Of a DNA stretch of 33,066 nt, positions 8,110 to 16,549 are shown in pieces. Source of the stretch: a virus (lineage: Duplodnaviria; Caudoviricetes); IMG/VR virus record IMGVR_UViG_3300011336_000323, positions 1 through 33,066 of that record; one strand, given 5' to 3'. Each line of letters begins with the position of its first letter. Positions within the stretch are counted from its first letter, which is position 1. Both the position numbers and the translations under genes were made by a program. A model generated the notes under the pieces. That model was not told the origin of the DNA. It did no database searches and was given only the letters and a program-made list of their open reading frames with translations.

Positions 8110-9117
8110 TCAGAGCCGGTCGCTCATGCTGTCAAATTGCTCTGCCAGCAAAGCCCGGCGATCATTTGCTTTGGTATTCGTCACGGTTCCGGGTGTGGAT
8201 CCTCGCACGCTCACCGCTGCCGCCCGCGCCGATTTAGCAGCTTTATTTGCTGCTGCTCTTTTTGCCGTATCTAGCTCAGCTTGTTTGCTGGCCTGAACAC
8301 TTTCAAAAAGGTTCGGATCTAAGCGCAATGCTTTTTGATACGCGTCATCGAGATCGGTGGCCACACCACTCTGTAGGAGTTGGATCATTACCGGTCGCGC
8401 TTCTTCAAAATACTCGGCTTTTTGGCTGAAACTGTTGATCTCACCCAAGAGCGCCTGATTCTGTTGCTGTTCCTGTGCTTGCTTCCACCCTTGCACTTCG
8501 CCACGAACGGAATTCAGTTCGTTTTGCAGTGCGTAGATGCTCGGATCAGTCGGCGCCAGTTGTGGCTGGTCGCCCATATCGGATAAATTTACTCCGTAAG
8601 ATTGTGCAAGTCTAGCAAAATATTGGCGTTTTTCTTGCGGATTACTGTAACGCAAAGCATGGTCGGCCTCCATCAGAGCCTTGACCGCGCCCGGCGCATC
8701 GATGCCCAGCCCTTGAATCGTGTTCATGTAAGGGTTGAGCACCTCCTGCATCTGGTCGGCAAACTGGGCTTTTGAAATCAGCGGCTCAACCCCGGCTTTC
8801 ATCTCGTTTTCGCGCTGCCAGGCATACTCCTGAATGCGCGCTGGGGCGGTTTTCCAGTCCTCGTGGTAATCTTTTTTCCAGCTGGCTGGGGGGCGCTTCC
8901 ACAGCGGCTCCTCTGCCGGTTCGGTGGCTGGTTCTACTTTTGCCTGCGGCGCAGGTTTGGCATACTTGCCAGCCTCATCTCGCGGCTTTTCAGCCTTTGC
9001 CGGTTCAGCCTTTGCCGGTTCCGGCGCGGCCTCTACCACCTCGTCAAACTGCTGGGAAAGCATATCCCGGCGGCTGTCTTGGTTTTCTACCGGCACGATC
9101 TCATTTAAGTCGGACAT
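8110..9117 (-). CDS. Capsid scaffolding protein
   Basis: Acidic/helical, 'RDEAGKYA', 'PPASWKK...W' motifs, directly upstream of the MCP. Confidence 0.75.
   Translation of the reverse strand: MSDLNEIVPVENQDSRRDMLSQQFDEVVEAAPEPAKAEPAKAEKPRDEAGKYAKPAPQAKVEPATEPAEEPLWKRPPASWKKDYHEDWKTAPARIQEYAWQRENEMKAGVEPLISKAQFADQMQEVLNPYMNTIQGLGIDAPGAVKALMEADHALRYSNPQEKRQYFARLAQSYGVNLSDMGDQPQLAPTDPSIYALQNELNSVRGEVQGWKQAQEQQQNQALLGEINSFSQKAEYFEEARPVMIQLLQSGVATDLDDAYQKALRLDPNLFESVQASKQAELDTAKRAAANKAAKSARAAAVSVRGSTPGTVTNTKANDRRALLAEQFDSMSDRL
8989..9021. repeat. 15-bp tandem repeat (TTCAGCCTTTGCCGG x2) encoding EPAKA repeats in the scaffold
   Basis: Seen directly. Confidence 0.8.
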
Positions 9118-9136
9118 TATTGCTCCCTGTGGGGGT

Positions 9137-9466
9137 TTAACTACGGGTAAAACGAATATCGTCGCGCAGCTTGGCCAGCACGCGGTTAGCCTGGTCGTGC
9201 GTCATGTTGGACACCTGCGCCCGCAAAACCTCGCGCCGCGTGTCTTTTGCAACTGGCGCCCGGCTCTCCATCGTTTCGTTGCCGATCTCGATGCAGTTGT
9301 GCTGCCGGAGGTGGGCCCGGTGCTGGCTGCGGCTGGTAATCATGCTGCCATCTGCCATGCTTTGATAAGGCTGGATGTCCGGCATTATTCCCGGCGCCAC
9401 CGGCTCGGCGTAATAATCTGACTTCTCGACCAGCTGGCCGTCGATCTGAATGTAGGTTTTTCTCAT
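9137..9466 (-). CDS. Conserved head-region hypothetical protein
   Basis: 'MPDIQPYQSMADGSMITSRSQHRAHLRQHNCIEIGNE' motif; between portal and scaffold. Confidence 0.65.
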   Translation of the reverse strand: MRKTYIQIDGQLVEKSDYYAEPVAPGIMPDIQPYQSMADGSMITSRSQHRAHLRQHNCIEIGNETMESRAPVAKDTRREVLRAQVSNMTHDQANRVLAKLRDDIRFTRS

Positions 9467-9807
9467 ATTAGCGCCAAAACGTCCTCATCATCTAATTCAA
9501 GGTGCAGATCCCATATCCGCTGCACCCTGTCTAAATCGGCCAGCATCCGGTCGTAATCTATTGCCGGTTCAGTGCTGGCCATCTTTTCCATGTATGGCTT
9601 GGCAATCTCTGCCGCCGCTTCCGGCCTGCCCTCTACTATTCGCTCAAATGCGTAAACAATCTCGGCCTTGCGTCTGGCTGCGTCGGCTACCTCTTTTGCA
9701 AACTTCTTTTTAAGATAGTCGCCGTCGTGCGTGTCAAATTCGACAATCTGGCTTACATAGTCCCATGTCGCATCGTCCCAGGTGCCTGTGTCCCAGCCGC
9801 CGTTCAC
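9463..9807 (-). CDS. Hypothetical protein
   Basis: 114 aa, ends 'DDEDVLALI'; 4-bp overlaps with both neighbours. Confidence 0.6.
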   Translation of the reverse strand: MNGGWDTGTWDDATWDYVSQIVEFDTHDGDYLKKKFAKEVADAARRKAEIVYAFERIVEGRPEAAAEIAKPYMEKMASTEPAIDYDRMLADLDRVQRIWDLHLELDDEDVLALI

Positions 9808-12152
9808 TGTGCAATCTCAACCCCAACGGCGCGCCCATCAGGACCGCGCACGATGCGCTTAGGCGCCATCAATGCAGACAGAGCCTGCTTTACCTGTTGC
9901 AGCGATTCATCGTGTTTGTTGGCCATGTCAGCGTGCAGGACGGTCACTTGGTTGAGCGCATTAGACACCCCGGCGCCCAGCTCCTGCGCTACCCGGTCAG
10001 ATGCCGCCTGCGCCGCTTCCGCGGTTTGCAGATCTACACCTGGATTCGCCCCTATGCGCGCAACCATGATTTTAGTCGCCGCCTCAAGCTCAGACTTCCA
10101 GCGGTTAAAGTCGTCAACAGATTTAACCTCTTGCGCCTTCATTTCCATTTCGTGGCGCATTTTCTGATCGTCGATCTGCGCCTGCATCTGCGCCAGCTGC
10201 ATCTCGCCCTCGATCTTTGCCTGGGCAATCTGACTGTCAAGCTGTGCTTTCATCTGCGCTGCTTGCATGTCGGCCTGCGCCCGCATCTGGTCGGATTGTG
10301 CGGTCGCTTGCATTTTGGCCTGCTCCAGCTGCTGCGTCGCTTGAATCTGCATCATTTCAGGGTTCGGTGGCGCCGGCTGGGGATTTGCCGCGGCTTGCTT
10401 CTGTTTCTCTTTTAGCTGGTCGAGCGCAGAATCCAGTGTTCCCTCTATCGGTTTGGCCTGCTTGAATCCGCTGATGCCGAATTTCATTACCTCAACCAGC
10501 ATCGGGATGAGCTCCGGCGATGACTGGCCAACCGGCAACGCCTCGCGCAACAGCCCGCCAAACGCCGTAATGAATTCGACCCGGTCCTTCTTGTTCTGCT
10601 GCTCATCCAGCTGCACCAGGCTGTCGGCATCCACCTCAATGCGGAAGTTCCGCAACGGGTTATCCTGCATGAGCTCGATGGCCTGCGGGATCATTGCCTG
10701 ATCCTCCGGGCTCATCTGGCCGGCCGCGGCGTAGAGCAGAATCGTCTGCGGCTGGAATTTGGTGCAGATAACCTGCGCTTTTAGCCGGATCAGCTCGCTG
10801 GCAAACAGCGCCACCTCCTCCTGCATCGAGCGCAGCCGGAGCCCGGCATACTGGCCTTTGATCTGCTGTGCGGTCGCGGTTTCGGAAGCGGCGCTCTGGC
10901 CTCGGATGATGTCGCTGATGCCAGTAATCTCGTAAATCTGGCCTTTTATGTCCTCGCGCGCGCGATAGCAGTTAATCAATGCGCTGGCCAGCATGTCGAT
11001 CGGCAGGATGTCGATGCTGCCTTTCAGCCCGCCCTTTTCCGAGAATGCCATCCACTTGTCGACCGGAATCAGCGTGTTGTTGTCGCCCTCAGTCAGCAGT
11101 CGTTGCAGTGCCGGTTGGCTAGCATCGTAGACACCGCGGATCCGCAGCGCCTTGACCAGCCCGTCGATACGGTCGGACAGAATATCCAGCTCGTTTGCCT
11201 GGTCCTGGTAAATCACAAAATCCGGCACAGGAATCAGGCTGTCGCTGGTGGTGGTGCTGTAAAGGGGTTGCGCGCAGGGGAAGAACTGGTCGAGCTCCAG
11301 CGGATCGTCGCGCTCGTCAATAATCTTTGGGCAGTTCTTCGACAGCCAGTAAACCTTGCCCGTTTCCTTGTCCCACAGCTCGCAAATCTTCGCCCTCGTG
11401 CGCTCCTTCGTGCTCTGGCCATAGGTTGCCAGCGTTTCGGCGCCGGAATCCAGCGGGATCTGCTTGGCCATCTTGGCGCCAAAACGCTCGGTCAGCGCAT
11501 CTCTGGTCATGTAGACCCAACGCCAGACGCAAGTTACTTCCTCCCAGGTGCGCGCAACGCTGTGGCCGAAATCCTTCCAGTAAACGTAATCAGTCGGGGC
11601 GCACTCATACTCGATTTCTTCTTGAGGCTCCTCGCCAGCGGTGTAGTCCTGACTTTCTGGTTTCGGCGCGCCTTCGGGCGTCTGGCCTTCGGCTGCTTCA
11701 TTCTCAACATCCTCCGTTACCTGCAACCCGTCCTCTGGCATTCCCAGCTGCCTGACATGCGGCTCGTAGCGCACCCAAGCAGTCCCACGCCCACCAAGAA
11801 ACCGATCCTCAACCGCGTGTTTCATAGTCGACCGAAAGTCGGGATAGTGCTCAATCTCAAAGTCCAGTGCGCGCTCGATCAGCTGGCCAGCCACCCGGCC
11901 GACCGGATCGTTGTCGCCAAACCTGCGCGCCGCTACCGCTTTCGGCAGCTTGGCGTATACCGCAGGAATCAGCGTCTGGACGTTGCTCCACAAGATATTG
12001 AACTTGGCGGTTTCGTTCGTGTGCTGGCTTCTGTTATCGTCGCGGTAGCGTTTGACGATCTTCGCGCTGCGCGCTTCCCACTTCTTGAATTCGTTGTCGT
12101 ACTGGCTGATGATGTTCAGCCACTTGTCAACGCCGATGCTGGTTGGTTCCAT
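9804..12152 (-). CDS. Portal protein (P22-like, long C-terminal Q-rich barrel)
   Basis: 782 aa, 'FNILWSNVQTL.PA.Y', 'IYEITGISDIIRG...ETATAQQIK', position after terL. Confidence 0.85.
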   Translation of the reverse strand: MEPTSIGVDKWLNIISQYDNEFKKWEARSAKIVKRYRDDNRSQHTNETAKFNILWSNVQTLIPAVYAKLPKAVAARRFGDNDPVGRVAGQLIERALDFEIEHYPDFRSTMKHAVEDRFLGGRGTAWVRYEPHVRQLGMPEDGLQVTEDVENEAAEGQTPEGAPKPESQDYTAGEEPQEEIEYECAPTDYVYWKDFGHSVARTWEEVTCVWRWVYMTRDALTERFGAKMAKQIPLDSGAETLATYGQSTKERTRAKICELWDKETGKVYWLSKNCPKIIDERDDPLELDQFFPCAQPLYSTTTSDSLIPVPDFVIYQDQANELDILSDRIDGLVKALRIRGVYDASQPALQRLLTEGDNNTLIPVDKWMAFSEKGGLKGSIDILPIDMLASALINCYRAREDIKGQIYEITGISDIIRGQSAASETATAQQIKGQYAGLRLRSMQEEVALFASELIRLKAQVICTKFQPQTILLYAAAGQMSPEDQAMIPQAIELMQDNPLRNFRIEVDADSLVQLDEQQNKKDRVEFITAFGGLLREALPVGQSSPELIPMLVEVMKFGISGFKQAKPIEGTLDSALDQLKEKQKQAAANPQPAPPNPEMMQIQATQQLEQAKMQATAQSDQMRAQADMQAAQMKAQLDSQIAQAKIEGEMQLAQMQAQIDDQKMRHEMEMKAQEVKSVDDFNRWKSELEAATKIMVARIGANPGVDLQTAEAAQAASDRVAQELGAGVSNALNQVTVLHADMANKHDESLQQVKQALSALMAPKRIVRGPDGRAVGVEIAQ

Positions 12153-12440
12153 TTATTTGTTTCTTTCGCTGATTGCTGCGGCTTTACTCTTGGCGTCGGC
12201 CTTGCTGGATGCACCCCACGCCCGCAACGCAAGCGCCAGGCGCGTCGGTTCGCCGTTCTTTTCCATCGGTCCCGGCATACCGCCCATGCGCGCAAGAAAA
12301 CTGGCACGCCGCGGGTTATCGCCAGCTTTAACCGGTGGCTTAAGCGTGCCGCCAGTCTCGGCCTTGTAACTCGCTCGGCCTGCGGCGTTTAGTCCACCGG
12401 CAGGATTTTTTCCTTCTTTTCGTGTCCAGGCTGCGCTCAT
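12153..12440 (-). CDS. Small basic phage protein (DUF6321-like)
   Basis: 'EGKNPAGGLNAAGRASY...RRASF.ARM' motif. Confidence 0.6.
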   Translation of the reverse strand: MSAAWTRKEGKNPAGGLNAAGRASYKAETGGTLKPPVKAGDNPRRASFLARMGGMPGPMEKNGEPTRLALALRAWGASSKADAKSKAAAISERNK

Positions 12441-13045
12441 TTTGTGAATATCACATCCCTGTTTACCCGGTCGGCAATCTTGTATCCCATATCGGCCAGT
12501 AGGTTGATCGTGTCCTCGTCGGTGTAGCCGTATCGCTCGCCGTGGCCTTTCAGCTCTAGCGTAATCACCGGCCAGCTCGCCTCTATCGTTGCCAAAGCGC
12601 CTAAGATGGCTAAGTGTTCGTAACCCTCAACGTCAAGTTGCAGCAGGTCGCAATCGGTCACGCCCAGGCTGTCAATTGGCAGGACGTCAAACTCTGCGCC
12701 CTCTTTGATCTGGTGCGCGCCGATGTTGTCGGGGAATATCTGGTCTATCGCTGCCTTGCCGTGGTCCTTGCCAAACGCAGCCCGCCGAATCACTATCCGC
12801 GGGTGACTGTCGGTATTGAGCGCCAGCGCCTCGTAGTTGGCTGCGTCAGGTTCAAGGCTGTAGACGCGTTTAAACTTCTGCGCCAACGCCACCGGATACA
12901 CACCCACGTTGCCGCCTGCCTGTATTGCCGTCCTAAACTCCCGGCACAGATCAAGACTAGCGCCCAAGTCGCACACCTCGGCCAGCACTGCCTGAATGCA
13001 GCACTGGTCAGCGTCAGGAACCGCCCAGCCCTCATGCAGTCGCAT
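12437..13045 (-). CDS. FkbM-family SAM-dependent methyltransferase
   Basis: 'AIQAGGNVGVYP', 'SLEPD..NYEAL..N', 'DLLQLDVEGYE...ILGA..TI....PVI.LE'. Confidence 0.85.
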   Translation of the reverse strand: MRLHEGWAVPDADQCCIQAVLAEVCDLGASLDLCREFRTAIQAGGNVGVYPVALAQKFKRVYSLEPDAANYEALALNTDSHPRIVIRRAAFGKDHGKAAIDQIFPDNIGAHQIKEGAEFDVLPIDSLGVTDCDLLQLDVEGYEHLAILGALATIEASWPVITLELKGHGERYGYTDEDTINLLADMGYKIADRVNRDVIFTK

Positions 13046-13628
13046 ATTGCACCCTCGTCTGCTCCCACGGCCGCGGCTTGCCGTGAAACGCAATAAGCCT
13101 ATCCTCGGCCTGCACCCCGTTTGGCAGTATGTCGGCCTTGAATGACTTGATGCCAGGCGTAATGTCCTGCCAGTATTTAACCAGCCGGCCAGCCAGCGCC
13201 CACTCTAGATAGACCTGATCACCCCCTTCGCAGTAGCGATCGCCCGCCTTGAATGCGTCGTAAATGAACTTGTGCGGCTTCGACCACCACATCAGGCTGG
13301 ATTGCATCGCGCGCGGATCCGCTTTGCCGCGGTAAACGTCGCGCATAATCACAAAGTCGTGCGGCCTAGCGGCCTCTAGCAGCTCTGTGCAATCGCCCAC
13401 CAGAACGGTGTCTAGATCCATGTATAGGGCGCTCGGCAGCCGGAATAGCTCGATCTTTGACCACCAGCCCGGCCAGTCGTGGTCGAGCGCCAGCGTCGGG
13501 CAGTCCAGCTCCATGTCGGTTAGGCAGATAAACTCCTCGGCCGGCAGGAATTGCGCGCACATCTCCTGCAACGCATAAACGTGCGCTGGCTTGAATTCAC
13601 CGCCCGACTTTAAGACGCAAGCGATCAT
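13032..13628 (-). CDS. GT-A fold glycosyltransferase (GT8-like)
   Basis: 'GWWSKIELF', 'LYMDLDTV' (DxD), 'GGDQ', 'FHGKPRPW'. Confidence 0.8.
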   Translation of the reverse strand: MIACVLKSGGEFKPAHVYALQEMCAQFLPAEEFICLTDMELDCPTLALDHDWPGWWSKIELFRLPSALYMDLDTVLVGDCTELLEAARPHDFVIMRDVYRGKADPRAMQSSLMWWSKPHKFIYDAFKAGDRYCEGGDQVYLEWALAGRLVKYWQDITPGIKSFKADILPNGVQAEDRLIAFHGKPRPWEQTRVQYATA

Positions 13629-13783
13629 TTTTTCTTGTCAGGCTTTGCAGTCTTTGCCGACTCGCGGAACGCGCCGGCAGTCGGCGCACCCGGTGAGCCC
13701 GGCTTGCGCATGCGCTCGCCTGACCCCGCCTTAATGCGCTCCTGCTTGGCTAGGATGTTTGCGTATAGACCGGGCTTGTTCAT
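13625..13783 (-). CDS. Small basic protein (MNKPGLYANILAKQERIKAGSGERMRKPGSPGAPT..., 52 aa)
   Basis: Translated by hand; ATGA overlaps at both ends; fills the gap in the operon. Confidence 0.7.
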   Translation of the reverse strand: MNKPGLYANILAKQERIKAGSGERMRKPGSPGAPTAGAFRESAKTAKPDKKK

Positions 13784-14103
13784 GCGCTGAAGATGCCCAT
13801 AGCCATGACTTCAGAACCTGCGCCGGTTGTTATTTTCCAAGCGCCGTCTTTTGACGCAGCATTTATTTCTACGTTGTAAACGCCAACTCCACCGCCCACC
13901 GCATTCGGCAAAATGGTGTGCGTCAAGATGCCTGTGCCGCTGCCATCAACAACTTGCACAAGGCTGCTTGCAGCCGTGGCAACTGTAATGACAATACGGT
14001 GCAAATAATCGCCCACCGCGCCTGTGCCACCCAAGACTTGCGCGGTAGAACTTGCCGCAACGTGCTCATACTGATACCGATACGGATTGCTTACGCCACT
14101 CAT
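13780..14103 (-). CDS. Hypothetical virion-associated protein
   Basis: 107 aa from MSGVSNPY; ATGA overlap with the terL stop. Confidence 0.6.
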   Translation of the reverse strand: MSGVSNPYRYQYEHVAASSTAQVLGGTGAVGDYLHRIVITVATAASSLVQVVDGSGTGILTHTILPNAVGGGVGVYNVEINAASKDGAWKITTGAGSEVMAMGIFSA

Positions 14104-15434
14104 AATCTCTTGCTCCTTGATTTTGCGGTTGCCCACATGTCGTTAAGTGTTACCGTGTTTTCTGGTCCGACCATCAGCGGCTTGACCACATCCGGCGCCC
14201 TGACGGTCGGCTCGGCGCGCCACGCAATGGCCAGCATTCGCATAGCGTCCGCGGGATGGCTGCACCAATCATGGCGCGGCGTTTGCCTGAACGCCTTCTT
14301 GTCCTCGTCATATTCTCTTTGGTATTGGCGCAGCGCTTCAATGCCTTCGCTGCACCGCTCGGCGTCGAACCACGTTTGCGGCAGCATTTGGCGCACCGCC
14401 TGGATGCCGTCCTGCACGCTCAGATCCGGCACAATCGCCAGACTGTTGATGCCGAGGTATTCGGCCAGCTGCTCGATAATGCTCTTGCCCTGCGCTGCCA
14501 GCGTCTTAGCTTTGGCGTCGTGCGGAAGGTTGTGCTTTCCGTACTTGTAGGGTTTGCCGGTGACTACCGCGGCGAGCTCGCTGATGTTGGCGCCTGACAC
14601 CGCGTAGTAGTCGATCACGTGGATCTCGCCGCGGATGACCTGATACCACCAAATCGCGGTATCGTCCCGGTAACCCAAATCCCACGCCGTATGCACGTTT
14701 ACTTCGGGCTGGTAGTCAACCCGGCAGATCCTGCCCGCTTCTGTGGCCTCGCGCATCTCGGTGCCAAAGAACGCGCCGAGAATAGCGGCCTCGAATGAGC
14801 ACTCATACTCCTGGTCGAACTGGTCCTTGCTCAGTTGCGACCGGGCAGCATCCAGCTCGGTTGCCGGCAGCAGCCCTGACTTGCTGGCCGGCAGTTCGAG
14901 CAGGAACCAGTCGTCTTTAAGACGTTGCGCGGTCTGCCTGATCTTCCAAAATTGATTTTTTCCCTTTGGCGTGCCGCCAAACACGCACCAGCCTTGATGA
15001 TCGGATAAAGCCGGGCGCACCACGTTGCCCCACACGCTGGGCTTGAAGTCGCCGAATTCATCTAGGTAAACCCCAGAAAAGCCCAGCCCGCGCATAGCGT
15101 CCGCGTTATCTGCGCCAAATAGCCGTATTTTGCTGTTGTTGACGAGCGTGACCGTCAGCTCGGCCTCGTTGCTGTCCTTGCAAATCGGCTGGCTGTAATG
15201 CTTCAGGTAATCCCACACCACTGACTTAGCCTGCGTCCGATACGGCGCCACGTAGCCGTATAGCGGCATAGAGTCTTTGCTTGTGAACGCAGCGCGGATC
15301 ATGTCGTTGATAGCCGCCACAGTTTTTCCCGCCCGCCTGTGCGCGACCAGACACGCCCAGCGGTGCGTCCGGTTGTGGAATGGCATGAACGCTTTGCGGG
15401 GCGCATAGGGCAGTTCTATTTCTCGGACTGCCAT
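14100..15434 (-). CDS. terL: Terminase large subunit
   Basis: Walker A 'AHRRAGKT', Walker B 'GVYLDEF', 'GTPKGKN.F', nuclease 'AWDLG..D.TAIW' and 'HDWCSHPADA.R'. Confidence 0.95.
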   Translation of the reverse strand: MAVREIELPYAPRKAFMPFHNRTHRWACLVAHRRAGKTVAAINDMIRAAFTSKDSMPLYGYVAPYRTQAKSVVWDYLKHYSQPICKDSNEAELTVTLVNNSKIRLFGADNADAMRGLGFSGVYLDEFGDFKPSVWGNVVRPALSDHQGWCVFGGTPKGKNQFWKIRQTAQRLKDDWFLLELPASKSGLLPATELDAARSQLSKDQFDQEYECSFEAAILGAFFGTEMREATEAGRICRVDYQPEVNVHTAWDLGYRDDTAIWWYQVIRGEIHVIDYYAVSGANISELAAVVTGKPYKYGKHNLPHDAKAKTLAAQGKSIIEQLAEYLGINSLAIVPDLSVQDGIQAVRQMLPQTWFDAERCSEGIEALRQYQREYDEDKKAFRQTPRHDWCSHPADAMRMLAIAWRAEPTVRAPDVVKPLMVGPENTVTLNDMWATAKSRSKRL

Positions 15435-15715
15435 CTGCAAATCGTTTCTACTGGGCCGCCGTCGGGGCCGCTGACTTCTGCACGTGACAATTTAGGCACA
15501 TGATATTCAATCAAGTCGGAAAAGCATTTAAACGCGGCCGCAGGCCCGTCCTGCGCGGCAATCTGATCCAACCATTCCTGCAAACGCTCTGAATTTCCGT
15601 CCACAAAACGCGCAATGGCTTCGCGTGCCACAGCCGTCGTTTTATTTGGCAATCCTTTAGGCCGGCCAGCGCCCGGCCTTTTCTCGCCTTTTTTGAATTG
15701 GCCTGCGTTAGCCAC
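15416..15715 (-). CDS. terS: Terminase small subunit (putative)
   Basis: 'GRPKG.PNK.T' N-terminus, 'EVSGPDGGPV' C-terminus, directly upstream of terL. Confidence 0.7.
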   Translation of the reverse strand: MANAGQFKKGEKRPGAGRPKGLPNKTTAVAREAIARFVDGNSERLQEWLDQIAAQDGPAAAFKCFSDLIEYHVPKLSRAEVSGPDGGPVETICRWQSEK

Positions 15716-16083
15716 TACTTCAACTCCCGCAACCTATAAATCGTTGTATCAATCAGCTCGCACAGCTCATCGATGATGTTCATGAGATGACTGTCATCCG
15801 GCAGCACCTTACGCATCCCGTCAACAAAGTCTTTAATCTTTTGTATGTAAGTCAGCGGCACTTTGGCAATGTGAAAGTCGGCCGGGTAAGTGTCGATCAC
15901 ATCGTAGCAGCCCTGAAACGCTTCGGCGTATCGGTCGGCCAAGTCAACCACGTTCTCGTAATAACGCTGCAAGGCTTTGTGCTGGCTATAGCTTTTGCTT
16001 TGCAGGTGCATGAAATGAGCGTTCGTGCCTGAATGCAGCAGGACAGAAACGAACAGTGCCGCGTTTTTCTGATAGTCAGCCAT
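15715..16083 (-). CDS. Ferritin/Dps-like four-helix protein (DUF5856-like)
   Basis: 'AH..HL...SY.QHKAL..YY......D..AEA.QG' and 'NIIDE...L...T.Y.L' motifs. Confidence 0.7.
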   Translation of the reverse strand: MADYQKNAALFVSVLLHSGTNAHFMHLQSKSYSQHKALQRYYENVVDLADRYAEAFQGCYDVIDTYPADFHIAKVPLTYIQKIKDFVDGMRKVLPDDSHLMNIIDELCELIDTTIYRLRELK

Positions 16084-16184
16084 AGCACCTCAAGACAACC
16101 GCGATCGTGTGGAGAGCGCCCGCATCGCTCAGACCGCGGTCAAGCGGGTGTGCACTCAGGGGAGAATGCTCTATACGCACTAAC

Positions 16185-16213
16185 ATCTTATCCCTCAATA
16201 ATTCTGCGCGCAA
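16185..16213 (-). promoter_or_regulatory. Putative sigma70 promoter for the late/structural operon
   Basis: TTGCGC-17 nt-TAAGAT in the only sizeable intergenic gap upstream of the late genes. Confidence 0.55.
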
Positions 16214-16222
16214 GCGCAAAAA

Positions 16223-16531
16223 TTAAGATAAATCGACAATTCGCTGAATATACCGTCCCTTTGCATTTTTCCTCCAACCATGCACTTCGACCCGAATCCC
16301 GGCCTCGCGCACCCGGCCAATGGTTTCACTGTTAGTAACCTTTGCAACTCTGTTTGCAACGCCCTCACTGGTGACTTGCACAGCCAGCACCTCGCCGCGC
16401 TTGATTGCCAGCAAGTCTGCCCAGCCCCAGAGGTCTTTACGGATTCGGGCAAACGGCTGCCAATGCTCCACAATAGCCACTAAATAGCCCTCATCCCTTA
16501 AATATTTCAAACTACGTTGGGTCGGTGTCAT
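16223..16531 (-). CDS. PD-(D/E)xK endonuclease / Holliday-junction resolvase-like
   Basis: 'L...GY.V..VE', 'DLWGWADLLAI......VQVT' motifs. Confidence 0.7.
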   Translation of the reverse strand: MTPTQRSLKYLRDEGYLVAIVEHWQPFARIRKDLWGWADLLAIKRGEVLAVQVTSEGVANRVAKVTNSETIGRVREAGIRVEVHGWRKNAKGRYIQRIVDLS

Positions 16532-16549
16532 TTATCAGCCCCTGCCTCC

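Noticed and set aside
11103-12392. 429-aa + strand ORF
   Set aside because: Antisense shadow of the portal gene caused by GC-rich codon bias; no recognisable motifs
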